Shown: in pieces, positions 1 through 8,419 of the stretch | How positions within the stretch are numbered: position 1 is the stretch's first letter | Layout: every line of letters starts with the position of its first letter | Origin: an uncultured bacterium | Lineage (GTDB): Bacteria; Verrucomicrobiota; Verrucomicrobiia; Verrucomicrobiales; DEV007 | DNA: 64,000 nt | Direction: 5' to 3' | NCBI GenBank assembly: GCA_963977015.1 | Contig: CAXBMO010000029.1 | Coordinates: 17,423-81,422, forward strand | Program-made: the position numbers and the translations under genes | Notes under the pieces: generated by a model | Database searches by the model: none | Told to the model about the DNA's origin: nothing | Seen by the model: the letters and a program-made list of their open reading frames with translations, nothing else

Positions 1-251
1 TGGGCGTCGCGATAGCCATTCTCACCAAATTCACTGTCCCGAAAATTCTCAAAAGTGACAGGGGTTGGAGGGCTCTCCATTTGCTCTATTCTCCAACCAC
101 TTCGACCAATGGCATACTTAGACTTCACTTTGGCGTCAGCAGCCGATTCAGTCTTTACAAAGCAATGAGCGATTGCGCCTTCAATCTCACTGAGGTGCTT
201 TGCGCTGTCTTCAGGGACAACTGAGAAGGTCACAAAAAAAGTCTCGCTCAA
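1..251 (-). CDS. Hypothetical protein, runs off the left edge (partial)
   Basis: Not in the ORF track. Read by hand: open frame from TTG (249-251) to the window edge, LSETFFVTFSVVPEDSAKHLSEIEGAIAHCFVKTESAADAKVKSKYAIGRSGWRIEQMESPPTPVTFENFRDSEFGENGYRDA. A TTGACA hexamer lies upstream (304-309, minus). Confidence 0.55.
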   Translation of the reverse strand, partial: MSETFFVTFSVVPEDSAKHLSEIEGAIAHCFVKTESAADAKVKSKYAIGRSGWRIEQMESPPTPVTFENFRDSEFGENGYRDA

Positions 252-611
252 GGTTGTTCTGTCGGTTTTATTAAAGCTTGCTGTATCGTCGAGTTTTCTT
301 GATTGTCAAGGATTTGCCTTGGTGTTCAGAGTTTCGTCTTGCAATATTCCCACACTGCTTGCGGCAAGCTTGATGATTAGCGTTTGCCTCGACTGATTCC
401 AAAGTACTCTGCTCCTTACCATCCCGCCAGGGGCGCTGGCGAGCCTACCTGAGTTCTCTCTGTCGCAACGCGTTGTCCTACCGTCATGGGCTACCAAGAT
501 GATGAAGCGACATATTCTCAGCGATTGTGTCGTGAGGGATTAGACGATATTCCCAAGGTTTGCCGCCGTGTTTGGCAGTGTGGGCAGAAGCGTTCCGACA
601 CCACTCTTCAG

Positions 612-851
612 CTACTGGTCGTAGAAAACACCATCGATGCCATTGTCCTCATAATCGTCAATGACGGCTTGCGCTGCAGTTTCTGTAGCGATCCCTGTGA
701 GTTTTGAGAGGGTGAATGCTGTAAGTGCCCGGGCTGTATTCTTGGCGCCTTGGTGATCCGCTGGTGCGTTGGTGTCGATCAAGGCTGGAAGATGAGGGAC
801 GTATTCCTCATCTAGCTTCGATCTGAGTAGCGCTAATTGTTCGGGAGTCAT
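612..851 (-). pseudogene. AIPR-family (abortive infection phage resistance) protein, N-terminal fragment
   Basis: 79 aa with ARALTAFTL...AAQAVIDDYEDNGIDGVFYD, resembling the AIPR N-terminal D-x-x-D-x-G-I-D motif. Stops at TAG 612-614, and the downstream in-frame sequence does not continue the family pattern. Starts 8 nt after the ATPase stop. Confidence 0.65.
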
Positions 852-859
852 CGCAGAAA

Positions 860-3208
860 CTATTCAGGCTTGAGTAGCGGATAGAGGCGGCGGGTTACGG
901 TTGCGCCGCGGTTGTGCCAACTGCAGCCGTCCTTCTTGCGATCAGGCAGGGCGTCCCGCTCATCGCAGAGGGCATCGACCAAGGCGAGGGTAGCGTTCCC
1001 GAGTGCCAGGGATTCGGTGATCTCATCAAAGTGGCCAGCCAACTCTTTGAAGTGGCAACCGATGGCATTACGGACTTGAAGCCGAGAAAAGATGTCCTCG
1101 AGAAGCGGGGCTAAATCAGTAGACTTAGTTACCTGACCCTGCTCGTCAAGGTGTTCGCAGCGGAGAGCGGGAAGAAGTTTCTTCTCGCCTTTTAATCCTC
1201 CCCGATAGTGATCGAGAGTCCAGCGTTGCTCGGCACCGGGGGATCGGGGGAGGCGACATTGGTAGATGCCAGTGAGAAAATCGAGGATGCGCTCGAGGAC
1301 GATGCCGGACTTGTTTGCGATTGTGCCGGGATCTTCAGCCGCTTCCACATGACGGCGGAGGAAGGCGATCTCTGAGTCCGGGCCTTTGGCGAGACTGAGG
1401 CCTCCTTCAAGTGACCAGGTTCCCAGCTCAAGGAACTCTACCTTCTTCTGGGTCAGGATACCCCAGCGAAACTTGAAGCGCAGCGGTTGGTAGTGACTGC
1501 TAATGATGACGTGGTGGAAGTGGGCTGCCTCATCGAGAAGCAGCTCGTAGAGGCGCTCCATGTGCGCTTCATCCACTGAGGCGATGGCATCGTCGAGGAA
1601 AAGGATGGTGTTCTCCGGAGTCTCCCTCTTCTCCAGTGCCAGAAAGAGGCAAAGCCCGAGCGTGTCCAGATGTGATTCGGACAATAGGGCCACTGGGCTA
1701 GCCTCGGCCTTGCCGAAAAGGGTGCCATCAAACTGTGCCGACGACTTCTTGGTTGGGTGCAGGTAGAGCTTGATGGTTTCGATCTTTTCACCCGGGTGAA
1801 TCGATTGGTAGAGCGTGGCAAAGTCCCCTGAGATGGCTTTCAGGGTTTCATTCGCGTGACGGATACGTTCATTGTGGAGGACGGTCTTAATGGCCTCGCC
1901 CCGCTTGACGATGAATTCAATGCGCTTGCCATCAGCGGTGGCGTGCTTGATCCGCTTGATGGCTTGGCGAATCTCTGACTGCAGGGTCTTTCGGATTTGG
2001 AGGGCGGCATGTTCTTTCTCAACCGTTTCCGACAGGGGCTTTAGCTGAGAGGCTTCGGCCTTCAGGCGAGTGAACCAATCTTCAGTCAGGTCGTCGGCGC
2101 TCTCAACCGCCAGAATGGAGGGAACGAGGTCCGGAAGACTCCATTGTTCCGAGTCGATAGCCAATTGGTGCACCTCCTTGAGCCGGGTAACGATGGCGAA
2201 GAAGGAATCCTGAAGGGTCTTCTGGGATGTCTGAGCCCTTTGGAGCGTATCCTTGGCATTCTTGGTCTTTTCGCTCTGCTCCTTGACGGCTTTCAGGGTT
2301 CCAAGCTTTTCATCGATTTTCTGAACGAGTTCTTCGTGGCCGATCTCTGTATCACAGACCGGACAGGTATCGGAGTCGCTCAGCTTCAAATAGGCTTGTG
2401 ACTGCTGAAGCGCTTCGAAGGCTTTGGCAAGGTCGTCACTGTGATCGGCCACAAGCTTGGTGAGAGACGCTTTCTCTGTCTCGAAAGTTTCTTGGGCCTT
2501 GGTGACGGCTGGATAGCTGTCTGCGAGCGGTCTAAAATCATCACGCAGCCGCTTGATCTCTTGGTTGAGATCTTGGAGGATTTGAAAGTTTTCCGCGATG
2601 GTCTCTTCGCTCTCGCTAAGAATATCTCGTTGCCAATCCTTTTGGCGCTCGCCGTATTTTGTTCGGTCAGCGTGTTCCGCGAACAAATTCGCTAGTATAT
2701 CATGGGCCTGAGCGATTAAGCTCGTCTGGCTGTTCAGATTCCCCTTCTCCGAGAGAATGAGTTCATTCAAGGCGGCTTCCTCGCGGTCGAGAGCCGGGAT
2801 GGAGACGAAGTCTTGAATCCTCTTGAAGCGATTTGCGGGAGTTTCCTCGATGAGTTTGGTGATGTTTTTGCGACTCAGAACTTTGAGCTGATGGTCGAGG
2901 TAGCCCGTGTGCTGGACCTTGGCACCAGAGAGCCGCGCCGAACGGGTCTTATTCTTCACGTTCAACGAGACAGACAAATCCGCCTTTTTTCGGGAGGCGT
3001 TGACGAGCTGACCAAGACGCGATTTTCCATCTAGAGATTTTTCTTCCAACGATCCCGCCGTGCCATCAACAACGAACTCGAAAGCATCGGAGATTGTCGT
3101 CTTACCACTGCCATTTTCACCATAGAGAACCGTGAGATTTTGCTTTGTGTCAAACTTAACCGTGAAGGGCTCGTTCACCCCTCGAAAGGCTTCAAGATTC
3201 AGTTCCAT
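860..3208 (-). CDS. Rad50/SMC-like ABC ATPase with zinc hook and C-terminal HEPN-like domain (RloC-like architecture)
   Basis: Walker A GENGSGKTT; coiled coils with central CPVC hook; signature-position LSESH; Walker B/D-loop LFLDDAIASVD; H-switch ISSH; C-terminal GIVLERIL...RNAIGCH (RxxxxxH). SD AAGGAGG 5 nt before the ATG. Confidence 0.8.
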   Translation of the reverse strand: MELNLEAFRGVNEPFTVKFDTKQNLTVLYGENGSGKTTISDAFEFVVDGTAGSLEEKSLDGKSRLGQLVNASRKKADLSVSLNVKNKTRSARLSGAKVQHTGYLDHQLKVLSRKNITKLIEETPANRFKRIQDFVSIPALDREEAALNELILSEKGNLNSQTSLIAQAHDILANLFAEHADRTKYGERQKDWQRDILSESEETIAENFQILQDLNQEIKRLRDDFRPLADSYPAVTKAQETFETEKASLTKLVADHSDDLAKAFEALQQSQAYLKLSDSDTCPVCDTEIGHEELVQKIDEKLGTLKAVKEQSEKTKNAKDTLQRAQTSQKTLQDSFFAIVTRLKEVHQLAIDSEQWSLPDLVPSILAVESADDLTEDWFTRLKAEASQLKPLSETVEKEHAALQIRKTLQSEIRQAIKRIKHATADGKRIEFIVKRGEAIKTVLHNERIRHANETLKAISGDFATLYQSIHPGEKIETIKLYLHPTKKSSAQFDGTLFGKAEASPVALLSESHLDTLGLCLFLALEKRETPENTILFLDDAIASVDEAHMERLYELLLDEAAHFHHVIISSHYQPLRFKFRWGILTQKKVEFLELGTWSLEGGLSLAKGPDSEIAFLRRHVEAAEDPGTIANKSGIVLERILDFLTGIYQCRLPRSPGAEQRWTLDHYRGGLKGEKKLLPALRCEHLDEQGQVTKSTDLAPLLEDIFSRLQVRNAIGCHFKELAGHFDEITESLALGNATLALVDALCDERDALPDRKKDGCSWHNRGATVTRRLYPLLKPE

Positions 3209-3377
3209 CGGTACCTCCTTGCTCAGATTCGAATTGCTTGGTGAGGACGAGGTTCCAGTTCACGTCTTTCGATTCTCCGAGTGCTTTCACCACTTCTGCA
3301 ATCGTAGCTTTATCAACCAGAGATTGGGAGGCGAGCGCTTCGGATACCCGTTTGGCGGTCTCAGCGGGGAGTGTCAT
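3192..3377 (-). CDS. Small helical hypothetical protein (61 aa) between the SNF2 and ABC ATPase genes
   Basis: ATG 6 nt after the SNF2 stop; 3' end overlaps the ATPase start by 17 nt; amphipathic sequence ending VNWNLVL plus an acidic tail. Confidence 0.7.
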   Translation of the reverse strand: MTLPAETAKRVSEALASQSLVDKATIAEVVKALGESKDVNWNLVLTKQFESEQGGTDGTES

Positions 3378-3383
3378 GAGTTT

Positions 3384-6251
3384 CTATTTCAGGATCCACT
3401 TAATGGTGAAGAGTTCCTCCTCTGAGGACTCGGCTTTGAGTTTGCCCTCGATGCTTTCGATGAGGCGTTCGCGGTTGTTGTCGATCTCGTCCTGAGCGTC
3501 GAAAAGCGAGCGGCGACGTTCCTTGCGGTGGCTTTCGAGAGCTTTAATTTGTTTCTGGCCTGCGAGCTTTTCTTCGAGGCTGAGGGCGGCTGAGGCGGCG
3601 CGACGAGCTTCCTTGATCTGGCGGTCGATGTCCTTGATTTCGCGCTCAAGGCCGACCTTCAGGTCGTCGGCCCAGTTGTCGAGTTTGGTGGCTTCGGCTT
3701 CGAAGAACTCAGCATTGCGCTCGGAGATGTCGCGGCTGATGCGGGCCTGTTCTTTTTGAGCGAGCTCGTCGAGGGAAGTCGGCAGGGCGTGGGTCACGGA
3801 GCCGTTGGATTGCCCTGGTAGTGAGAGGAGGCGGCGGGCGGTTTCTTCGTCGAGGACTTGCCCTGTGTCGGTGTGGGCGGCAAGAATGAGGTAATCTTCG
3901 GTCTGATCGAGAGACTGGACGGTGAATTGGCTCGCGATGAGCCAACCGGATTGGCCGAGGTAGGGCTCGAGGATGGTGACTTTTCCCTCGTGGTCGTCGT
4001 AGCTGAAGCGGATCTCCTCGGGTTGGAGCTCCCGCACTTTGGCTTGGGTGATGAGGGCATCTGCAAGCGGGTGGCCGATGCGGTAGAGGTGTGCCTCGCC
4101 TGAGCGGCGAGGAAGCTCGTAGCGGCCGAGGGGGACCTTGGAGGCGAGTTTAGGTTGATCGGGAAAGGGATCGGAGATGAGCTCAAAGCTACCTTCGCCA
4201 TTGAAGGTGGCATGACCATTGAGTTCGTGGCGGGAGAGGCGGATGAGCTGGCGTTCGAACCGACCGAGTATGGCCTTTGAATCTTCGTCGCGTATTTTGA
4301 GTTTCTCGCGGACTTCGTCGTCGAAGTGCTCGAGGAGCTTCTTCCGCGTGGTGGTCATGGCCTCGTTAATTTCAAAGCTTAGTTCCAGTTGGAGGTCGTC
4401 GAAGGCTTCTTTGATCTCTTTGGGCTTGCGGCAGTGGTTATAGATCGAGGCGATGCGTTTCTCGAAATCGACGCCGGAGCCGATAGCACCGAGGACTTCG
4501 TCGCTGGCACCGAAGACGCCTTCGAAGAGGTTGAATTTTTCGGCGAGAAGTTCGTAGACACGTTGGTCGGCTGCGTTCTTTTTGTTGAGGAAGTTGACGA
4601 CGACCACGTCGTGTTTTTGGCCGTAACGGTGACAGCGGCCGATGCGCTGTTCGACGCGCTGGGGGTTCCAGGGGAGGTCGTAGTTGATGACGAGGGAGCA
4701 GAACTGGAGGTTGATTCCCTCGGCTCCGGCCTCGGTGGCGATCATGATCCGGCCTTGCTCGCGGAAGTAGTCGACGATGGCGGAGCGCATGTCGGCAGTG
4801 CGGGAGCCGGTGACGCGGTCGCTGCCTTCGTGGCGCTCGATCCAGTCGGCGTAAATTTCCTTGGAACGCTCGTCGGTGTTACTGCCGTTGAAGAGGACGA
4901 TGCCTTCGCTCCATTCGCTCTCGGAGAGGAGCTGGAGGAGGTAGTTCTGCGTGCGGCGGGACTCGGTGAAGATGATGGCCTTTTCGGCTGCTCCGAGTGA
5001 GGTGGCACGGTCGAAGGCGACGCGGAGGGCCCGAAGGAGGGCGTCGCCCTTGGCATTGTTGGTGATGGAAGTCGCGAGCTGGGCGAAGGACTGGAGCTCG
5101 GCGATCTCGGACTCGAGAGCGGCGCGGTCCTCTGGTGTGAGGCGCTCGGGTGGTGGGTCCTCTGTCCATTCGTCAGCGGTTTCGTCGAGAGCTTCGTAGT
5201 CGTCGTCGAGTTCGTCCTGCAGCGGGAGATTGTCCTGCTCGGCGAGGTCGCGCTGGAGGCGACGGGCCATCGTTTCCAAAGCCCCTGCGATGGCGAAGGT
5301 GGAGGACGCGAGGAGTTTCCTCAGGACGAGCGTCATGAGGGTGCGCTGGGCTGGAGGGAGCGCGAAGAGGTCTGGCCGGGTGAGGTATTCGGAGACGAGT
5401 TGGTAGAGCTGGTCTTCGGTTTCCTGCGGAGTGAATTCTTGGATGATGGCGTGCCGGGCGGTATAGGGCACGTATTGCACAACCTGACGGCGCAGGGTGC
5501 GGTGACAGAGGGGGGCAAGGCGATCCTTGAGAGTTTGGAATGTGGTGTCCTGACTGAGGTTGGCGAATTGCTGTCGGAAGCTCTTGAGGTCTCCGAAGGC
5601 GTGTTCGTCGATGAAGGAGATGAGGCCGAAAAGTTCGAGGAGGGAGTTTTGCAGCGGGGTAGCGGTGAGAAGCACCTTGGGTCGGCCTTCGAGGGCGCGC
5701 TTCAGCTCGTTGGCGATGACGTTGCTGGTCTTGTAGACGTTGCGGAGGCGGTGGGCTTCGTCGATGACGACGAGGTCCCAGGGGGTGGCGACAATGTCTT
5801 CGGCCTTGTTGCGGGCGAAGTGGTAGGAGCAGATGACGAGGTTGGGCTCGTCAGGTTGGAAGGGGTTGGTGGAGCCTTCCTTCTTGGCCTTGTTGTAGGA
5901 CTTGGCCTCAAGGATCAGCGACGGGAGGAAAAATTTTTCGGCGAGCTCCTGGTGCCACTGCTTCCGGAGGTTCGAGGGGGCGATGATGAGAATCCGGCGT
6001 TTCCGCTCGGCCCAGCGTTGGGAGAGGAGGATGCCGGCTTCGATGGTTTTTCCAAGGCCGACTTCGTCGGCGAGGAGGGCGCCATTGGAAAAAGGAGACT
6101 TGAAGGCGAAGAGAGCGGCATCGACCTGGTGGGGGTTGAGGTCGACCTGGGCACCGGCCACCGCAGCAGCGAGACTGCCGACGCTATCGGAGGACCAGCG
6201 GCGGGTGAGCCCGTAGGCTAGGTATTTGGCTTGGTGGTCGGTGAGATACAT
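3384..6251 (-). CDS. SNF2/RapA-family SF2 helicase-like ATPase
   Basis: LLADEVGLGKT (motif I), VVIDEAH (II), LTATP (III), EGINLQ (V), YDLPWNP and EQRIGRCHRYGQ (VI); long C-terminal coiled coil. Confidence 0.92.
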   Translation of the reverse strand: MYLTDHQAKYLAYGLTRRWSSDSVGSLAAAVAGAQVDLNPHQVDAALFAFKSPFSNGALLADEVGLGKTIEAGILLSQRWAERKRRILIIAPSNLRKQWHQELAEKFFLPSLILEAKSYNKAKKEGSTNPFQPDEPNLVICSYHFARNKAEDIVATPWDLVVIDEAHRLRNVYKTSNVIANELKRALEGRPKVLLTATPLQNSLLELFGLISFIDEHAFGDLKSFRQQFANLSQDTTFQTLKDRLAPLCHRTLRRQVVQYVPYTARHAIIQEFTPQETEDQLYQLVSEYLTRPDLFALPPAQRTLMTLVLRKLLASSTFAIAGALETMARRLQRDLAEQDNLPLQDELDDDYEALDETADEWTEDPPPERLTPEDRAALESEIAELQSFAQLATSITNNAKGDALLRALRVAFDRATSLGAAEKAIIFTESRRTQNYLLQLLSESEWSEGIVLFNGSNTDERSKEIYADWIERHEGSDRVTGSRTADMRSAIVDYFREQGRIMIATEAGAEGINLQFCSLVINYDLPWNPQRVEQRIGRCHRYGQKHDVVVVNFLNKKNAADQRVYELLAEKFNLFEGVFGASDEVLGAIGSGVDFEKRIASIYNHCRKPKEIKEAFDDLQLELSFEINEAMTTTRKKLLEHFDDEVREKLKIRDEDSKAILGRFERQLIRLSRHELNGHATFNGEGSFELISDPFPDQPKLASKVPLGRYELPRRSGEAHLYRIGHPLADALITQAKVRELQPEEIRFSYDDHEGKVTILEPYLGQSGWLIASQFTVQSLDQTEDYLILAAHTDTGQVLDEETARRLLSLPGQSNGSVTHALPTSLDELAQKEQARISRDISERNAEFFEAEATKLDNWADDLKVGLEREIKDIDRQIKEARRAASAALSLEEKLAGQKQIKALESHRKERRRSLFDAQDEIDNNRERLIESIEGKLKAESSEEELFTIKWILK

Positions 6252-6662
6252 TCCAGTTGAATCCGTTTGATTATCTATTCCGCCTTCATTCCCTCACGGT
6301 CAAAGTCGTAGCAAAGTCGCTTCGCGAAAAACAGCCGATGAATGTGTTCCGTGAAATTCGGGGGCTGCCCTAGAACACGTAATCAAGCAGGCTGCATCAC
6401 AAAACCAGGATTCTAGAAATTTGTCCTGGGATACTGCCTTCTCCCCTTTCGATTTCGGAGAATATTTCCTAACAACCATAACAAGTGGGTTGATCTTAGC
6501 TCGGATTTACTACTTTGCTAGAGCGATTCTTCCAAGCGATGACGTCAACATTTCGGACGATCGGAAGGAGGGGCACGTATTCCCCAAGGCAACCAATGAA
6601 GACGAGTTCGAAATGCAGAAATCTATTTCAGAACCGCAAATGCACCGCAGCCAATTCAGCCT

Positions 6663-6700
6663 AAAACAAAAAAGCGACTCTCGATTTCTCGGAAGTCGCT
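6663..6700 (-). terminator. Intrinsic terminator downstream of tRNA-Tyr
   Basis: Minus strand AGCGACTTCCGA-GAAA-TCGAGAGTCGCT hairpin followed by TTTTTGTTTT. Confidence 0.75.
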
Positions 6701-6714
6701 GATTGGAAAGAAGA

Positions 6715-6796
6715 TGGGCAGGAGAGGATTCGAACCTCTGAAGGCATAGCCAGCAGATTTACAGTCTGCCCCGTTTGACCGCTTCGGTACCTACCC
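6715..6796 (-). tRNA. tRNA-Tyr (GTA)
   Basis: Minus strand GGGTAGGTACCGAAGCGGTCAAACGGGGCAGACTGTAAATCTGCTGGCTATGCCTTCAGAGGTTCGAATCCTCTCCTGCCCA: anticodon GTA, long variable arm, TTCGAATC T-loop; CCA not encoded. Confidence 0.96.
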
Positions 6797-6937
6797 AGGG
6801 CTGGGTGTCGTTCCTGAAAACTCAGAGACGACTGGGAGGCGCACTAAATGGCGGTTCGCGGAGTTTGCAACCAATTTTGGTTGAATTTGATGGTCGGGAA
6901 GGCACTTTCTCCGTCCCCTGTGCCCGGGGATCCAAGG

Positions 6938-8218
6938 ATGGCCAGCAAGCTCCAGAAATTGAAGGGATTCCGTGATTTTTATCCGGAGTCGTGTGCGGTT
7001 CGCAACTATTTGTTCGAGACGTGGCGGCGCGTGGTCGCGAAGTATCGCTTTTCGGAATACGAGGGGCCGATCCTGGAGCCGACCGATTTGTATCGGAAGA
7101 AGAGTGGCGATGAGATCACGGAGCAGCTCTATCACTTTCTCGACAAGGGAGAGCGTGAGGTGGCGATGCGGCCGGAATTGACTCCGACCCTGGCGCGGAT
7201 GGCGGCGGCGAAGCAACGGGAGTATCGCAAGCCGATGAAGTGGTTCAGCATCGGGCCGTTTTTCCGCTACGAGAAGCAGCAGAAAGGGAGGCTCCGCGAG
7301 TTCTACCAGTTCAACTGCGATATTCTGGGCGAAGATTCCCCGGCGTTGGATGCGGAGCTGATCGCGGTGTCGATCGATTTGATGCGGGAACTCGGGTTTG
7401 GCGAAGGCGATTACGTGATTCGGGTGAGCGATCGCAGTGCGTGGATGCGCTGGATTGAGGAGCAGGGCATTGGCGATGCGGCGACCTTTCTGCAATCGAT
7501 CGATAAGATGGAGCGAACCCCGCCCGAGAAGACGGATGAGGGGTTGCAGGCGCTGGGGACGAGTCTTGCCGCGGTGCAGGAGTTCATGAGCCGGGGAGAA
7601 GAGGTGAGCGAGCGGATGCCGTTGATTCGCGAGAATCTTGCGGCGCGCGGGCTCGACGGGTTTCTGCAATGGGATCTCGGGATTGTGCGTGGGCTGGCTT
7701 ATTACACGAGCACGGTTTTCGAGGTGTTTGATCAGGGGAAAGGCATGCGAGCGGTGGCCGGAGGCGGGCGTTATGACGAATTGGTGGGGCTGATTGGCGG
7801 CGTTGAGATGCCGGCAGCCGGATTCGCGATGGGCGATGTGGTGATTGGCGATTTGATTCAGGAAACGCCAGCCGCGAAGGCGAAGTTGGATGCCTGGCTG
7901 GAGGAACATGCGGCGATTGAGGTGTTCGTGATCGTGGCAAACGAGGAGCAGCGCTCCGCGGCGTTGGCGGGTGTTCAGGTTCTGCGCGATGCGGGGAACC
8001 GGGTCGAGTTTGCGCATTCGGCGGCCAAGGTCGGCAAGCAATTTCAAGCCGCGGAACAGGCGAACGCGAAGTTGGCCGTGATCTACGGAGACGAATTCCC
8101 CACGTTGAAGGTGAAGAACATGGCGGATCGGTCGGAGGTGGAGGTTTCCAGCGATTCGCTCGTCGGCGAGATCTCGAAAATTCTGGGAGCTTCAGGATCA
8201 GTGGTTTCGGGCGATTGA
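6938..8218 (+). CDS. hisS: Histidine--tRNA ligase
   Basis: KGFRDFYP N-terminus, MRPELTPTLAR, FRYEKQQKGRLREFYQ (motif 2), VRGLAYYT, GGGRYD. Start taken at ATG 6938. Confidence 0.97.
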   Translation: MASKLQKLKGFRDFYPESCAVRNYLFETWRRVVAKYRFSEYEGPILEPTDLYRKKSGDEITEQLYHFLDKGEREVAMRPELTPTLARMAAAKQREYRKPMKWFSIGPFFRYEKQQKGRLREFYQFNCDILGEDSPALDAELIAVSIDLMRELGFGEGDYVIRVSDRSAWMRWIEEQGIGDAATFLQSIDKMERTPPEKTDEGLQALGTSLAAVQEFMSRGEEVSERMPLIRENLAARGLDGFLQWDLGIVRGLAYYTSTVFEVFDQGKGMRAVAGGGRYDELVGLIGGVEMPAAGFAMGDVVIGDLIQETPAAKAKLDAWLEEHAAIEVFVIVANEEQRSAALAGVQVLRDAGNRVEFAHSAAKVGKQFQAAEQANAKLAVIYGDEFPTLKVKNMADRSEVEVSSDSLVGEISKILGASGSVVSGD

Positions 8219-8372
8219 CGAGTCAGTCGAGAGTCGTCACTCGTTCTCATGCTTCGGCTTCGCCTCGAATACGGAGCCTATTGGATCGCGGGTCGTTTCG
8301 CACATGCTTCGGCTTCACCTCGGATTTCGAGGACGAGTAGGAAGGACGAGTAGGAGGACGACGGACGAGTTG
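8218..8372. repeat. REP-like short repeat cluster
   Basis: 20-nt direct repeat CATGCTTCGGCTTC(G/A)CCTCG at 8248-8267 and 8303-8322; tandem GGACGAGTAGGA at 8331-8342 and 8344-8355; left-hand GTCGTCACTCGTTCTC is roughly complementary to the GACGAG units. Confidence 0.55.
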
Positions 8373-8419
8373 GGGCGACGATGGTTGACCGGTGGCTTAA
8401 GGCGGATAAGAGTTTGTCC

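Noticed and set aside
581-587. TGGGCAG as an att duplicate of the tRNA-Tyr 3' end
   Set aside because: A 7-nt match is expected by chance.
306-707. Short ORFs 306-497 (-) and 486-707 (+)
   Set aside because: No motifs; they overlap the AIPR fragment or the inverted-repeat region.
3384-6251. DISARM DrmD, BREX or Zorya assignment of the SNF2 gene
   Set aside because: No drmABC, pglZ/brxC or zorAB genes in the window.
6421-6702. 93-aa plus-strand ORF next to tRNA-Tyr
   Set aside because: TTG start, no motif, and runs into the tRNA terminator; cannot be supported as coding.
8248-8322. Direct repeat pair with a 35-nt spacer as a mini-CRISPR
   Set aside because: Only two 20-nt copies, no leader, and no cas genes in the window.
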